A DNA stretch of 64,000 nt from the human T2T-CHM13v2.0 reference genome, Homo sapiens (GCF_009914755.1 NC_060927.1), one strand, 5' to 3'; positions 14,798 through 35,184 are shown, counted from the stretch's first letter. Notes: generated by a model from the letters alone, not told the origin. A program made the numbers and translations.

Positions 14798-15759
14798 CAT
14801 ATTGTTTTGTAATATTTTGTCACTTCATATTGTGAACATTTTCCATGTCTTAAGTATAATTCTTCAGCATCATTTTTAATGGCCACATAATATTAAATGA
14901 TGTGAATGTGCCAATATTTTTAAGCAATCCCCTAGTGCTCAACATTAATTTGTTTACATTTTTAGCTATTATAAGCCATACTGCAATGACCATTTGTCTA
15001 CTCCTTTACTTTTGCATATATCTTTGATTAGTCCTTGGGATAAATTCCTAGGAGAGGAATAGTTGAATTCAAAAGATGTGTTGTTTTAAGACTTTTGATA
15101 CATATCTTTGTGGCCTTATGTAAATGATTAAATTTTTATGAGTTCTCTCACCAAGAAATTCTGGAAAGGGAAAATATGGACCAAAAATGAGATTCTATTT
15201 ATTTTATAACTGAATTTTAGACTCTGGGACCCTCCCCTAAAAGTCTGTTCATCTCTTTTAGTCAAGACTGTTGACAGCTTTTCCACAACAGCCAGCAGAC
15301 TTCAGTTACCATTATCCACTTTTTTCATGCATTTTATTTCCCCTGTTTCTGCAATACATTCCTTAAACCAAATACCAACTCCTCCCTCTATACCTGTTTT
15401 CCATAACTATATTGGGATTACTGGTATATCTATCACTTCCAGGTCCTTTTCAGGACTTGTCAACCATATCATCTATTCTTGCTCCATGCAAAAATTCTTC
15501 GTCAGTCCCTGGTTTTATGTATGTGTATCTCTCTCTCTCTCTCTTTCATACATACTCCGACACGCTACACATTCTGCTTTCATTTTCCCTCCACCCCCTG
15601 GCCCCCATGATTTCAAGGTTTTAAAGGAAATTAGTTGTTTTTTGCTAACAGCATTATTATGTTTTACATTGGAAATAAATATAAGCAGGAAAATAAAATA
15701 AAGAAGAAAATTAAAATCACCTGTCTTTCCACAATCCAGAGATAACCATTTCTAATTGC

Positions 15760-16064
<305 letters not shown>

Positions 16065-18540
16065 TAATTTGTTATTTTTTAAAAGTTCCCTGTTCTTTGG
16101 TTGGACACAAAACCTACTGATAGCTGCATAAGTGATCGAGTACATTTGGTTTTTAGGGTCTCTGCTTGTCCAGTCTTAGACTTACTTTTGGTGATAATTT
16201 GAAGATCTCAGGATCCAAGTGCATCACTGAGGTTCAGACTCAGAATGAGGGGCGATTCACCCAGCCCATATGTTTGTCAAAAGGAGGTTTTAAAATTTTT
16301 TGTTATTATTCTGTAAACTAGTATTTAATTTGTTTTCCAACTGATTATGTGACTTTCAAAAGGGTTTATTTCACAAATAAATAAGAAACAGCCCTGGTCA
16401 GCTTAAGATTCTGACACAGGCACAGCAGGTGCCTGGCCTTTCAGCAGATTGCAGGATATCCTACTGAGGGCTGGTGTTGCTGTGCACCATGAAAGGGTTT
16501 CGCTAGCCAGAGACTAGCAAATTTCCTTGTCAGGTCTGGGATCAGGGAGCCAATCTTCAATCCTGCATTGCAGTCAACCGAAGGCTAACACATATCACAG
16601 ATGTGTCCCTACATTTGGTACTTATGAGGAACTGTCACTGGATTTTTAAAAAATTTTAATGATGTCCTCACCTCCCTTTGAGTATGTTGATAGTGAGCCC
16701 AAGTAAAGTAGCATGCAATTTAATCTTTTATTGTCAAATAGTTTCCAGTCTCAAAGCAAGTACTGTCATGGCCATGTCTGAATAAACAAAGGAGAACTGT
16801 TGCCTTAAAGTGGGTGGGCATGTGTCTTTTTCTCAGTCCTAAGGATTCTGGTGGATATTGGAATTAAGATCATAGTCATTGGGAAGATAAAATTGAAGAT
16901 AAACGCTGGGGAAGAGTAGCAGTGGGACAGACATAGAAGCAACGAAAAGTTTGGGACTAACTCTAGAGAGAGTGTAGTCAGTTCTTCATTATTATGAGAT
17001 TAGTTATCTCACTCATCAATTATCTAGGCCCTTAATTTTGTGCATCCTTATCACCAATTTCCTTTTTTCTGCCATTTTCCCATTTCTGAGCTCTCTGCTC
17101 ATTATTGATAGGGACTTTGAGACTGGTCAAAGAGTGCTAAATTCATATCAATCGATTTTACTTCTGATAATTAGTTTCAGTAAAAAGATGGATAGAAACA
17201 TTGTTGAAGCATTACTTTCTTTATTTTACAATCTGTGTTCTTTCATTACCAGTACTATCCACTTTATTTTTCTATGGATAATCAAGACTTGGCTGAACAT
17301 AGTTGAATAGCACAGGCATGAGGTAGAGGTTGGTAGAGGATAATTTTATTTTTTATTGCAATACTCGGAATACTTTGTATTTGAGTGCCAAATGTATTTG
17401 TATTTTAGTAATTAATCTGTTTATCATCTTATAAAAATACTAATAGGCATTATTTCTAAAAAATATAGTGAGTTACAATGTAAGTATCCTAAAGCAATAT
17501 GAAAAGAAAGGATTTTTTAACAAATTATTTGGGAATCATTAAATAGCAATGTGGAAAAAAAAATTTATATCTGTCCTCATACCATACACCAAAATAAGTT
17601 TCAGATGAATGTAAAGATTAAATTTTTAAAAATGAACTATAGATAACTTTTAGAAGGTAGACTAGGCAGCGGAAGAAATTACAAAGGAAATAATAGACAA
17701 TGATATAGAATACTTTGTTCAAAAATAATAAAATTAAAAGAAAAAGGCTTATAAAAATATTCTCATTTGTATCAAAGAAATATAGAAGGAGTTTCTTCAA
17801 GTTTATGTGAACAATGGAAGGCTAATAGATAAATGAACAAAGGGGTTTTGACAATTCATGCAAAGCAGATTATGAATATTAAACAAATGTGAGCACCGGC
17901 AGTTAAACTAGTGCAAAGTTATAAAACACTAAACTAAAATAGAACCAAAAAAGAATTGATAACACTTACTGCCAACATGTTCATACCTTGCTATTGTGAG
18001 CGAAACTATCAAAATCCTTTTGGACAGAATTTGGAATGTATGTATTCCTGGAGCCAGGAAACTGTCCTCTTTAACCAAGGAACTGAATCTGGGGATATAC
18101 TTATGCAGAACAGGTAAGAGGGTACAGAACAACTATTAGAACTTATAATAAAAATAGGAACTACATGAAGGATACATGATATGTGAAAAAGTAGAAAAAA
18201 TTAGACATCACCTGCCATTTTTACACAGCTGTAAACATGAACACAAACTAGGAGGGTAGATGGCAAGTGGGTGTGGGATGAGCTTTCACATAAAATCTGT
18301 GTTTTTCTGACTTTTCTGATCTTTCTCTAATGTTTCCAATGTTTAACAGTAACTAAAGATTGAGTAAATAGGGTAAAAAAGACACCCAAACAGTCTAATT
18401 TTAGTAGTTATTTTATTAAAAATTAGGGTAATTTGGGCTTGTGTAAAGCTGTTCAAAGACGTACTGCTCAGTTATGTTCTTGCCCCAGAGTCCAGTAATA
18501 ATACTTTATTCAGCCCCCAGAATTGTCAAAATGACACTGA

Positions 18541-18912
<372 letters not shown>

Positions 18913-19979
18913 TAATGAGGAAAACTATCTTACAATATGCCATCGATATCTGTGTACCACGTGTGCTGCATGTATGAGCCCATGGAGGTGAAAGTGAGAT
19001 TTCATGAGCCACTTATTAATACTTGTCCTCTATAGAAACCCTAAAGATAGTTAAAATAGCCAACGCTATCACTTGCTGTTTCCTCCCAAATCTCACTTGG
19101 TATCATGTGTTTCTTGGGTGATTTTAAATTTGTCAGCTATTTGTATTTGAGAGAGATTTGCTTTTATCTAGCATTTATTCAATTTCAGTAGAGTGGAAAC
19201 CTTTAATACTGCTCATATCAGGAGAACGGGATGAAGGCCCACGGCATAAACCACCCTCATTTTATATACTTTTTGCTCTACGTAGTTATATTTTGAAGGT
19301 TAGGTTTTAGCAATTGTAATGAGAAAACATTTTATTAAGAATCTACAGGATTTCTTTTCTCTTAAGGTAGAGAAAATTAGAGAAGAGGGAAGTGTAGCTC
19401 ACTTCTAGAGGCAGATAAATTGTTTCATCAATGCAGTGGATGGTGAGTTGATTTGCTTTCAAGACCAGAGTATCTTTGAAGCTAACTCAACACTACTTTG
19501 TTCCATGTTCTGCAAACACTGGCTTTTGAGTGATCTGAGGAGAATCTCTCATGACCTTTCACACTGGCATCATTTTTCTCACTCCGTGGGGCTCTTAGCT
19601 CTTTGATATTTGTTTCTTACCTGTGATAATACTCTGGTAAGAAGGGGGAAAGGAGAAGCCTCAATGGATTACATTCTTTTTTAAAAAAGTTTCATGAGAT
19701 TAAAGCACATATTGATTGAATTTTTGAAGTGCTTTATTTAAAATAGCATTTTATTCATTATAAAAGTGATATAGGCTTATGGTAAAAATAGTTTTTAAGA
19801 CAGAAAACAATAGAGAATATGAAGCACTAATAATGCCACCACTTAGAAATGACCCTTCTTAAATTTCTGGTGCAAAAAAATATTCAAAATCTAAGGAAAA
19901 AGAAACTTGAAAATACTACAGCTATATAAGTAAGCATATCATGACTAATGACTAATGGCTCTCTCAATTACTTTTGAGA

Positions 19980-20235
19980 GGCAATGTCATATAGGAGAGA
20001 AAGCACTCTTCGTAAAATTGGCCAATCCTGGGATTCTAGGCCCAGTTCTACCAGTTATCAGTTATATGATTTTAGGAGAATTTACTTAACCACCCTATGC
20101 CTTAGTTTTTTCATCTTTAAATAACTATAATAAGGCCATACCTGTAGGGTTGTTGTAAGGATTGAACATATGATATATGTAAAGTACTATGCTAGTGTAT
20201 GGTATATAGTAAGTCCTCAATAAAAGGTAAATATT
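19980..20235. repeat. MIR element (representative; similar fragments near 1-120, 5830, 7720, 24610, 33690, 41570, 50900, 53050, 58470 and 63060)
   Basis: TTTACTTAACCACCCTATGCCTTAGTTTTTTCATCTTTAAA...GGGTTGTTGTAAGGATT MIR core. Confidence 0.65.
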
Positions 20236-20266
20236 AATGTAAGTAGTATGCATAATGAAGTTCTTA

Positions 20267-20811
<545 letters not shown>

Positions 20812-21015
20812 TCAGTGATTTAAAAATTGATACAAACTAATGTTTATGAATATTTGATCTATAGTTCCAAGGTACATAGGAAGGTTCTATCTTTTGCCGG
20901 GAGACAGAGGGTAAGGGTCATCCTGGGTGACGATGAAGTTGGTACCTTCAGAATGGCCTTGTAGAGTGGTCCCTTCTGAGATCTCTTCAAGCTTATTTCT
21001 TGCTTGTGTGCCTAG

Positions 21016-21199
21016 ATACTTGGGAAGTGCCATTTGAGGAGATCTCAGAGCTGCAGTGGCTGGGTAGTGGAGCCCAAGGAGCGGTCTTCTTGGGCAAGTT
21101 CCGGGCGGAAGAGGTGGCCATCAAGAAAGTGAGAGAACAGAATGAGACGGATATCAAGCATTTGAGGAAGTTGAAGCACCCTAACATCATCGCATTCAA
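21016..21199 (+). CDS. MAP3K13: MAP3K13 exon 3 (kinase subdomains I-IV)
   Basis: cctag|ATACT...TTCAA|gtaggt; [39 protein letters not shown]...HPNIIAFK; 184 nt. Confidence 0.96.
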
Positions 21200-21568
21200 G
21201 TAGGTCAAGGCTTTTTTTTTTTTTAAGAAGTAGACCTATTTTCTTTCCCCCAATATATACACACCAGTTTCTGCTTTGAGAGATATTTCAAAAGCATTCT
21301 CTAGACTTAGCACTGTGCTAGGTGCTTTGGGAGGGTATCAAGGAACTATTAAATTGGAGTTGTGTCCTCAGGCATCTTATAATCCAGTGGTTCATTTTGC
21401 CGAAGTATGTGCAAAGTACATGGAAGTACATGGAAGGGGCATGCACATGGGGCAGGAAGGGAAAATGTGGGTTCCTGCCAAGCAGTCAGATCTGCTGCAT
21501 CAACCTCATTTATCAATGGGATAACAGAGGTTACTTCAATATCACCTGAACAGCCTATGATTCACTTA

Positions 21569-21905
<337 letters not shown>

Positions 21906-24900
21906 GACAAAGGTAACATCTGAAGTGATCAAAGAACAATCAATCCTTGTGTAGTAGATACATATTTTGTATTAGGTTCTGTTAGCATCCCTTCTTAAAC
22001 ATTAACGTGTAATGGCAGGTACCTTTAGAGTATAGCCTCTGGTTTTCCTAGATCTCCTTCCAAGCAATGTCAAACATTCACCTTTCTTAACCTAATGATT
22101 GTTGAGTTATTGATAGTAAGTCATATGTTATATTCATTTCACAAAGTGATTATTTTCAAGAGTCTGTGAACATATTTTTCTAGCCTAGATGATTCTTTTC
22201 ATAATATTGCCTGGGATCCCTAACAGAAGGAGGAGAGTCAAAGTTTAAAGGGTGGAAGTGCTGAGCTCTAAATAGATATTATCTCTTCTGCCTGAATCTT
22301 TCCCTTGAGTTCTCTCCCTCACTAGCCTTTTAATGTTGCCCTAGGCTTAAACAAATAAGTGGTAAGTGGCTTTAGAGGAAAGAAGGTGAAGAACAGGACA
22401 AGTATCTTTAGGTAGGATGAAAGTTTAGAAACTGGAGCTTTGTGATATATTTGATATGTATTTTGCATTCCTGGAAAACAGTATGACCAATGAGGCTACA
22501 GCTAAAAGTGGAATAACTTACAAATCCCCCTCCTAAACTAGGAGGAACTAGGATCAGAATGGATCCTTCCTTGATAAAACTCTGATTATAAAGCTAAAAA
22601 TGTCATGTGATAAGTCTTAATTGGGATCACATCCACAAAGTAAGGAAGGTAAATCTTGGGTACAGGTTTTGTAGAATGGGTTTAAATGAGTACTGAAGTT
22701 GAGTTTTGATTCCCAAACAAGACCCCTTATGGAAAGGGAAAGACCTGTGAAAAAAAGAGAAGCATTCAACCAGGACACTAAGAGACAGAAAGAAGTACTT
22801 GGATTCATTTCCTTGGGGAAGGGACATTCATGCAGAGGGCATGGGAGAAAGCTTCAATTGCTGCAGTTAATTCTATCCTTGGTTGACCTAGTAGGGCCAG
22901 GAGGATGTGTGACTAAAATGAAATGCTGCAGAGACCAATTATCATCTTTCCAAAGAGGATAAATTTCAAAAGACAATGGGGAGATTATTTCAAGCAGACA
23001 GACAAACAGAGACCCTCTTCTTTCTTTCCTTCATTTTACTACACTGAGACCATCTTCACTTCCAGTATGCTACACCCTCCTAAATGGAAGGAAGGGTCAA
23101 AAGCTTTTAAACTTAGATCACTAGGACGCTGGGTTTGAGACACAGAATGTCCCGTAGATGAGTATGGCCTTTTGGCCTCTTGAAGTGAATTAGGCTGTGT
23201 GTTGCAGGTAAGAGGGCTTTCCAGTAGGGTACCCGGGGTCACTGAAAGTAGAAATGTGTCCTAATAGGATGGTGTTGTGAGAAGCTTTATTTTTACTTCC
23301 TTTCTTTTGCTTCTTTCTCTTTCTTCCTTTTTCCCACCTCTCCCTTCTGACTCTCCTACCTGCATATGCAGTTTTCAGCACTGCCCTGCTAGTGCCCAAC
23401 TCTTTAGGCTGAAGACACTTGAATAGTATTTACCTCTACATGGAAAACAATAGTGAGACTGTGTTCCTGGCCCATTACACCATGCTCTTGGGCATTGTGC
23501 AGTGTTATGTTTGCAGCCATCTGTGCCATGTGTTGCTTGGCCAATGAATCCCATTCAGGACCGTCTGGAAGATATATGAGAGAATGATTAGATTTTAGTA
23601 CATCTCTCTGGATACTGATTTCTGTGCTTACAGCTTCTTTTGAAGTTAATAAAAACCACATACAGAAGGGGAAGTACAAGATAAGAATGCTATACTCTTT
23701 TTGCATCCAATTTTTTTGTTAATCTTTTAAGAAAACTCAACCTGACTGTTCCTAATGGAATTCAGTGCCAAGGGGAAGAAAAGGTAGCAATTAGAAGTGA
23801 TTATAGAGCTGTTATTTATAGCTACTAAGAAACCTTGTCATAGTACAGGGATGATGGAATGATTGCTCCTCGTTCGTCAGTCAAGAGAAATAAAAGGTGC
23901 GTAAGATCACTGTTAGACCGTTTCTATGTGGAACAAGTTAAAACATAGTCGAATAGGAGGCTGAGTACCTTCAAAAATGTTTATGTTGATATACTTAAGC
24001 ATATTACATTATACCTGCCGTATTTATTAGTTCTCTGTAATGATAGTTAATCATTTGTTTGTAGCTGCCAGACACTTGGGTTCACCAAGCTTTCCTAAGA
24101 GACATATAACCGGAACTTGAAAAAAAATTATTAAAAATCAAGATAAGAATTCTCTGTAGCCTAGAAAATGATAGGAGAGTAATAGAAATAGCTTTATGGC
24201 ATTTGACAGGCACATCAGGGCAGGGGAAAATGAAGACTAATTATACTTCTTCATAACCTGCTATTGTTATAAGATCATCATCACCTTCATATGATCAGTG
24301 CCGTAAGCCATGACCTCAAAATTCTTTCATCACTTACAGCAGCTGAAGAGATAGGCATGGGTTGGTAGCTGGCTGAAGGCTTTAACTGGATGTCTTACAG
24401 ATACTCTGCTAACTTCTCTAGAAAGTTTCAAAGGAAGGCATGTATACCCATAAGCGATAAGACATAGAGAATTACATATAGTAATTTTTCTTCTCATCTT
24501 GAGAACAAAACAGAAGTAGAGTTACTATGATCATTCCCTTTTATGAGATAATGGTGTTAACACAAGAATTCCCAATGTGCTTGTCTAAACAGAAGTTAAA
24601 AAGCTAAAAGGGAGGCAGTATTGTACAGAGTGGAGTGGGCATGGACTTTCAAATTAGGCAGACTGAGTTTGAATCCCAGCTCTGTCACTTATTAGTTGTA
24701 TGATCTAGTTGTGATTAGGACAAGTCACTTTCTCACTCTGAGCCTTCCTTGTAAAAATGGAAAAGGTAATATTTATCTTATGGTAATTTGGGGCAGATTA
24801 AATAAGACAAATAAACATGGAAATGTCCTTGAAAAATAGAAGAGGTTCTTTCATGTTAGTCTCCTTCCTCCTCCTCCAGGCCTCTGCACATGTTATTTGA

Positions 24901-25080
24901 AGGCTTTTTTAGTCAAGAAGGTTGAGGTGAAGTTAACGAACATTTGCTAGAGACTTGCTGTGAACCTCTAGGCGTTGAGGTAGAGAGAAAAGAACTTGAA
25001 GACCTTTCCCTTCAAGGAGCTTACAATCTATATGCAGAGAGAAAAACTGCATATAAAGAACTAGTGGCTGTTGTATATCA

Positions 25081-25791
<711 letters not shown>

Positions 25792-25795
25792 TCAT

Positions 25796-25909
25796 ATTCT
25801 TTTGTGATTCATAAGCATGACTGGGTGTTCCCACTCACGGGTGAGATGTGCCTCCCTCCAACCTTGTTACGACGTCACCACATTACCTGTCTGACATGAA
25901 AAAAAAAAA
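25796..25909 (+). pseudogene. U13 snoRNA (SNORD13) retrocopy with A-tail
   Basis: ATTCTTTTGTGATTCATAAGCATGACTGGGTGTTC...GTGAGATGTGCC...AACCTTGTTACGACGT...CACATTACCTGTCTGAC aligns end to end with U13. Box D CTGA at 25891-25894, box C damaged, poly(A) follows. Confidence 0.9.
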
Positions 25910-26081
25910 GAAATGTTTTTCAAAGATTATGTAAGATGGAAAATTGAGTCGTCTTTGGGTCCTCGGTCTAGTTAGTTATTTTTAATTTGAGTAATTTAAA
26001 ATTCAGCAAATAATATTAAAAGTAGAAGTATTTTCTCTGAATTATCTTCCTGTACACTCATAAAACCCTCTAAAACTTTAA

Positions 26082-26677
<596 letters not shown>

Positions 26678-27021
26678 ATTATTCTTAATGATCTAAAACA
26701 ACACAGTATCCAGCCTGCACAAACTTCAGAAAAGTGTGCTCTTTGTCCCGGAATGGAAGGGTCCCACAGAAAAGGCACCAGACACAGCACAGCATATAGA
26801 TAGCCAGAGTGAACAAAACAAACAAAAATTGTCTATGTGCATCATAGAGAAACCTGTAGACTAGAGAAGTTTCCATGCTAATTTGAGAATCAGGAACTAT
26901 TATCTATACACATTTTTAAAATAATTCGGGTATAGAATTGGTTTTTATTAAATATTCTTTAAATATACATATGTATACTTGTATGTGTGTATTGATGTAC
27001 ATGTTTATGTTTTCTTGGAAG

Positions 27022-27213
27022 GGGTGTTTGTACTCAGGCCCCATGTTATTGTATTATCATGGAATACTGTGCCCATGGACAACTCTACGAGGTCTTACGA
27101 GCTGGCAGGAAGATCACACCTCGATTGCTAGTAGACTGGTCCACAGGAATTGCAAGTGGAATGAATTATTTGCACCTCCATAAAATTATTCATCGTGATC
27201 TCAAATCACCTAA
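27022..27213 (+). CDS. MAP3K13: MAP3K13 exon 4 (hinge and catalytic loop)
   Basis: ggaag|GGGTGTT...CCTAA|gtgagt; [25 protein letters not shown]...[12 protein letters not shown]; 192 nt. Confidence 0.96.
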
Positions 27214-27529
27214 GTGAGTTCTGGGGCTAATGTTTCAGCTATTTTGGTTTGTTGTTTTGAAATACAGAATTTTTATCAACCTCAGTTGACGTTTTCAGAC
27301 ATCATACCTTTAGTTCAGTTTCAATCAGCACAGTGGGTAATTCTGTTTGCGCATCTCTTGGGTTATTGTTGACCTACCTGGTTACCTGTAGGGCAGATAC
27401 GTCCAGGTATCTGAAACCACTTTTCCTTTTTGGTGCTTTTAAATCATACAACTGTGAAACAAAATTCATTATTATCTGAAGTATTCACCTTCTGTCATCT
27501 CAGATAGCTAATGCCAGACCTTCCCGCTA

Positions 27530-28570
<1,041 letters not shown>

Positions 28571-29834
28571 AAAAATTTAAAAAAACTATATATTTATTGT
28601 ATATACATACACACATATATATTTGCATAGTGTTTTCATGGTTTATAATATCTTAGGGGGATCCATGATCACATCTTTGATCCTGGCAAAAACTGTGTGG
28701 GATACGTAACAAGTATTGTTATTTTATGTAAGGAAAACTAGAGATTAGCCCAAAGTCATGGGGCTAGGACTTGAACCTAGAATTTCTGAACCAAAGGTTA
28801 CTGCATTCTACCTCATTATGTGAAGGTAGGGGACTCACAATGAATCCTGCCTTTCCTCCATGGACGGTATAAATCAATCCTTCATTATAAACTTCAAAAC
28901 AGCTCTTATTTATCACCATCATTCTCAGCAATATTTATTACAGTGCTTAGTTGACTGAACAACCTCCTCCTTGCTTTACTTGCAAGTAAACATGATTGTG
29001 TAGTGTTCATTTCTTCCGTTCACATTCTTACCCTGTTGCTTTTGCCATCCAGTGCATACATGTAAAGGACATGAACTACCTGAAGGCCTCTCTGAATGGT
29101 CTCCTTTTTAACCAACTTGTTCTCCTTATGAATTAATCTTAGAGGGAAGGAGTCAGGAAGCCGTAGAATAGAGTAGTAATTGGGTTACCCAGTAAGCCTT
29201 TCCCTCTATTAGCAATAACACTCCCAACCCCAGCAGCGTTGGCTTCTTTAGGTTTCAAGCTGACTTTGGGAAGACAGAGATCAATCTGACTTGCTGTAAC
29301 AAGAGATCTCATTACTTACATTAAATCTGCAGGCTCTGTGACCACAACTTTGTCTCAGAGAAGATTTCAGAAAAATTCTAATGTTATATTTTTCTAGTCT
29401 CCTCTCAAGTCCATCCTCTCTTGTCACACCAACAGAGGCAGAGAGGAAGTTCCCATAAAAAGTTCCCTCTTTTAGGGGCTTACTGCCTACTCTCACTTTC
29501 CTGGTGTATGATATCAATTCTCCAATTCTCTCATATATCCCATAATATTTTAATCCTTATGCATTTTCACTAAGACTAACACTGTTAAATCAAAACTCCT
29601 AAGTTATATAAATTTTACATATTACGTGCAAAACCAGGGCATGGAGGATGGTATTCAAAAGCAATTGTAAGCTCTGAGCTATTTGGTAAATAGCCATTGG
29701 TGTTGGGGTTGTGAGCATGGTAAATGTGAAGGAATCCCTGGTTCAAATGGAGAAGCAAGGGGATAGAGTCAGATGCTTTCTGCCTTACAGCCTCCTCAAT
29801 TCTGATACTATTTGAGGATGAAGCCTCTTATCAT

Positions 29835-30029
<195 letters not shown>

Positions 30030-30749
30030 TAAAGCCTCTGAAACCCTAAGTCTTTAATTTTCTAAAGTTCTGAACAGGTTATTGCAAGTGAATTCGATCT
30101 AATGTGAAGCTGTCAATTTGGTACCGGATTGTATTCATCTTCAAGGCTGGCAGAGAGCACTTTGCCTCAGGCCACATTTTCAGATAACTACTATGACAAG
30201 TAAAACAGGACTGGTGTGGAATTTACTTAAGCTTGGATTTATTTCTGCTTTTCCTTATCAGCACTAGTGAAATCCCAGCATATATATTAGCCTTTTAATG
30301 TAATGAATCCCAAACATCATGGTCTCATTCATGATATTAGTTGGCTATCATTTAAACAGTGTTTTAAAAGAAGTACTCTTTTTAGTGGCCTGGCTAAAGC
30401 CAGCAAGGATGGAAACCAATATTTATTGATAACGGTGCCTTATGTATCTTACCTCATTTAATTCAAATGAAAATTCAGTGAGATTGTTATTACAGGTCTA
30501 TCATCCCTTATCCAAAACTCTTGAAGCAAGATATTTTCAGAAAGGTAGTGCACTACCTTAGACATCCAGCGAGGTCTGGAGCAGCATCCTAAAATCAACC
30601 ACATTAACAAATCTGCAGCAAAACCTATTGTTCACACAAAATGGGATGAAGAAAGTGAGTTTGCCTTATACATGTGAAAAAAATATAAACTGGTTGAGAA
30701 CTTTTTGCATTTTCAATTTGTGAATAAGACCTGAAGAGTCTCCATCCTA

Positions 30750-31100
<351 letters not shown>

Positions 31101-31363
31101 TTAAATAACTTGGCAAAGGTCACACAGCAAGTAGAAGAGGCAGAATAAGACTAGGTGTTAAAAGCCCATTACGCTAAACTGCCTCACAAGTATGAATGAT
31201 GCTATTTCTAGTGTATAGCCAATGCCCCAGTGACATTGGAAACTGCAAGCTGAATGCTACAAGATAGGAAGTAGCAGATAAAGTCTTCAGTTTCAGCCAT
31301 TTAGAATCATGGTTTTCGTTAGTACTAATGATCCAGATGTTTTCTTTTTATTTCTTTTTAAAG

Positions 31364-31522
31364 TGTTTTAGTGACCCACACAGATGCGGTAAAAATTTCA
31401 GATTTTGGTACATCTAAGGAACTCAGTGACAAAAGTACCAAGATGTCATTTGCTGGCACGGTCGCATGGATGGCGCCAGAGGTGATACGGAATGAACCTG
31501 TCTCTGAAAAAGTTGATATATG
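31364..31522 (+). CDS. MAP3K13: MAP3K13 exon 5 (DFG, activation loop, APE)
   Basis: taaag|TGTTTTA...ATATG|gtgagt; [53 protein letters not shown]; 159 nt. Confidence 0.96.
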
Positions 31523-32259
31523 GTGAGTGGCGCCACCAGTTGTGCCAACTAAAAAGCCTTTTCCCACTTTCGCCCTATTAGCACTGTCTTCCTTCAGCAC
31601 TTACTTTTCCAGAATATTCTTCAGTGTTGCTCACTTTTGGTTGATTTCAGCCTCATATTTTCTGAGGTACTTCCCAGTATGGTGATATATGGGGAGAAGG
31701 ATTAGGGGGAATTAGGGTGGCTATCTACTCAGTAAGTCACCAGTTTGGGGGACCTCAGAGAATATGCTGAACTTTCTAGGAAACTGAAAGTTTACTTCAA
31801 ATGATCATTTAGTATAGAAGTCTTTCTGAAATGTGTTACATAGTTCTCACCTTCTTGAGTAAAGTACAAGAGCTTACCTAATCTCAATGACTCAGGTCAT
31901 CATTACACATATCAATAATGTACCTTGCTATGATACAATTATGTTCTCTAGACATGTTTGAGATGTAGGAGGTTGTTTTGCCCTTTTATTGAACAGCCTC
32001 TATAGGCTATGCTTTAAAAAAAAATCTCTGTAACCTTTCCTCTGAGGTTATAAGTCTTTTCTATTAACAGTATTTTTCCCTGTAATAGCTTTTCTTTTAC
32101 CCTTAAAATTGGCAACTAGTAACTTCTAGGCTTAAAACCAAAATAATAGCACATGTCAAAATTGCATGTAATACCAGAGCAAATAGGAAAAAGTAGAAAT
32201 GTGGGGTCATTCGTAATTTAGATAATCATTACTAAAGTACCCTCCTTAGGGATTACTAA

Positions 32260-33340
<1,081 letters not shown>

Positions 33341-33474
33341 TCTGTTTTTCTTATAGCAGTATTAGAATTTTAAAACTGGGTATATGTACTAATTTGATTT
33401 CAATTAATAGAGAACTAAAATACAAATCAGTCTTTCTGAAACATCTTCTGTCCATGTTCCCGGCGCTACTGTAG

Positions 33475-33633
33475 GTCTTTTGGAGTGGTGCTTTGGGAGC
33501 TGCTGACAGGAGAGATCCCTTACAAAGATGTAGATTCTTCAGCCATTATCTGGGGTGTTGGAAGCAACAGCCTCCACCTTCCAGTTCCTTCCACTTGCCC
33601 TGATGGATTCAAAATCCTTATGAAACAGACGTG
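33475..33633 (+). CDS. MAP3K13: MAP3K13 exon 6
   Basis: tgtag|GTCTTTT...ACGTG|gtaaga; [53 protein letters not shown]; 159 nt. Confidence 0.96.
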
Positions 33634-34056
33634 GTAAGAATATTGTCTCTAAAACAATAGGGAGGTCTCTAATGTGTATTTGGAGTAAATATCCTGGTGG
33701 TGGAAAGAATAGGAGCTTTGGAGTAGGAGAATCTTGGGTTCAAATACTAGCTCTGCCCCTTTCTATCTGTGCAATTTTGGGCACGTTATTCAATATCAGT
33801 TTTCTCATTTGTAAAATAGAGACAACACTGACTCATAGAGTTATTGTGTTGTAATTAATTAAAATTTAGAAATAAAGAACTTGGTGTTATTATCTCAAAA
33901 TAGTAGGCCTTGGTCAATGATAGCTACTATTTCTTTGCTAGTCCTAATGGACTATTATTAAATAGGTCACTAATCCTAGATTTCCATTTCATCATTAGAC
34001 GTATCTCATAATTACATTTTCCTTTTGCTCTTCAGTATATCAAAACTGTACTGCAG

Positions 34057-34709
<653 letters not shown>

Positions 34710-34861
34710 TCAGTTATGCTATCCTGATATAATGGAGTACAGCTGGTTTTACTCAGATATAGCCATTTTGAAGTAAACAATCTTCTTCATAAAGTAAAAT
34801 AAAATCTTCATTCTCCTGGATACAACTTCTGAAATGCACAAACTGTCTTTTTCACTTTTAG

Positions 34862-34970
34862 GCAGAGTAAACCTCGAAACCGACCTTCTTTTCGGCAGAC
34901 ACTCATGCATTTAGACATTGCCTCTGCAGATGTACTTGCCACCCCACAAGAAACTTACTTCAAGTCTCAG
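34862..34970 (+). CDS. MAP3K13: MAP3K13 exon 7 (end of kinase domain)
   Basis: tttag|GCAGAGT...CTCAG|gtaagt; [36 protein letters not shown]; 109 nt. Confidence 0.96.
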
Positions 34971-35184
34971 GTAAGTTGGGAAACTTCCTACCAGGTGCTA
35001 CTAAACAGATAGAGAACTCTCAATGAAACAGAGTAACTCTTAGAAGGGCCCATTGTGTTTGTTATAATAGTTATATAACTCCATTCATTGTGACACAATA
35101 AATATGATACTTCACACATATGACATCTTAAGAGCTTTTAAAGCACTTAACATTATTATTAACTCATTTGAAAAAACACGTGTT

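Noticed and set aside
31690-31720. G-rich runs as a G-quadruplex (also ~20665 and ~63005)
   Set aside because: Only three runs of three or more G; below the canonical four-tract pattern.
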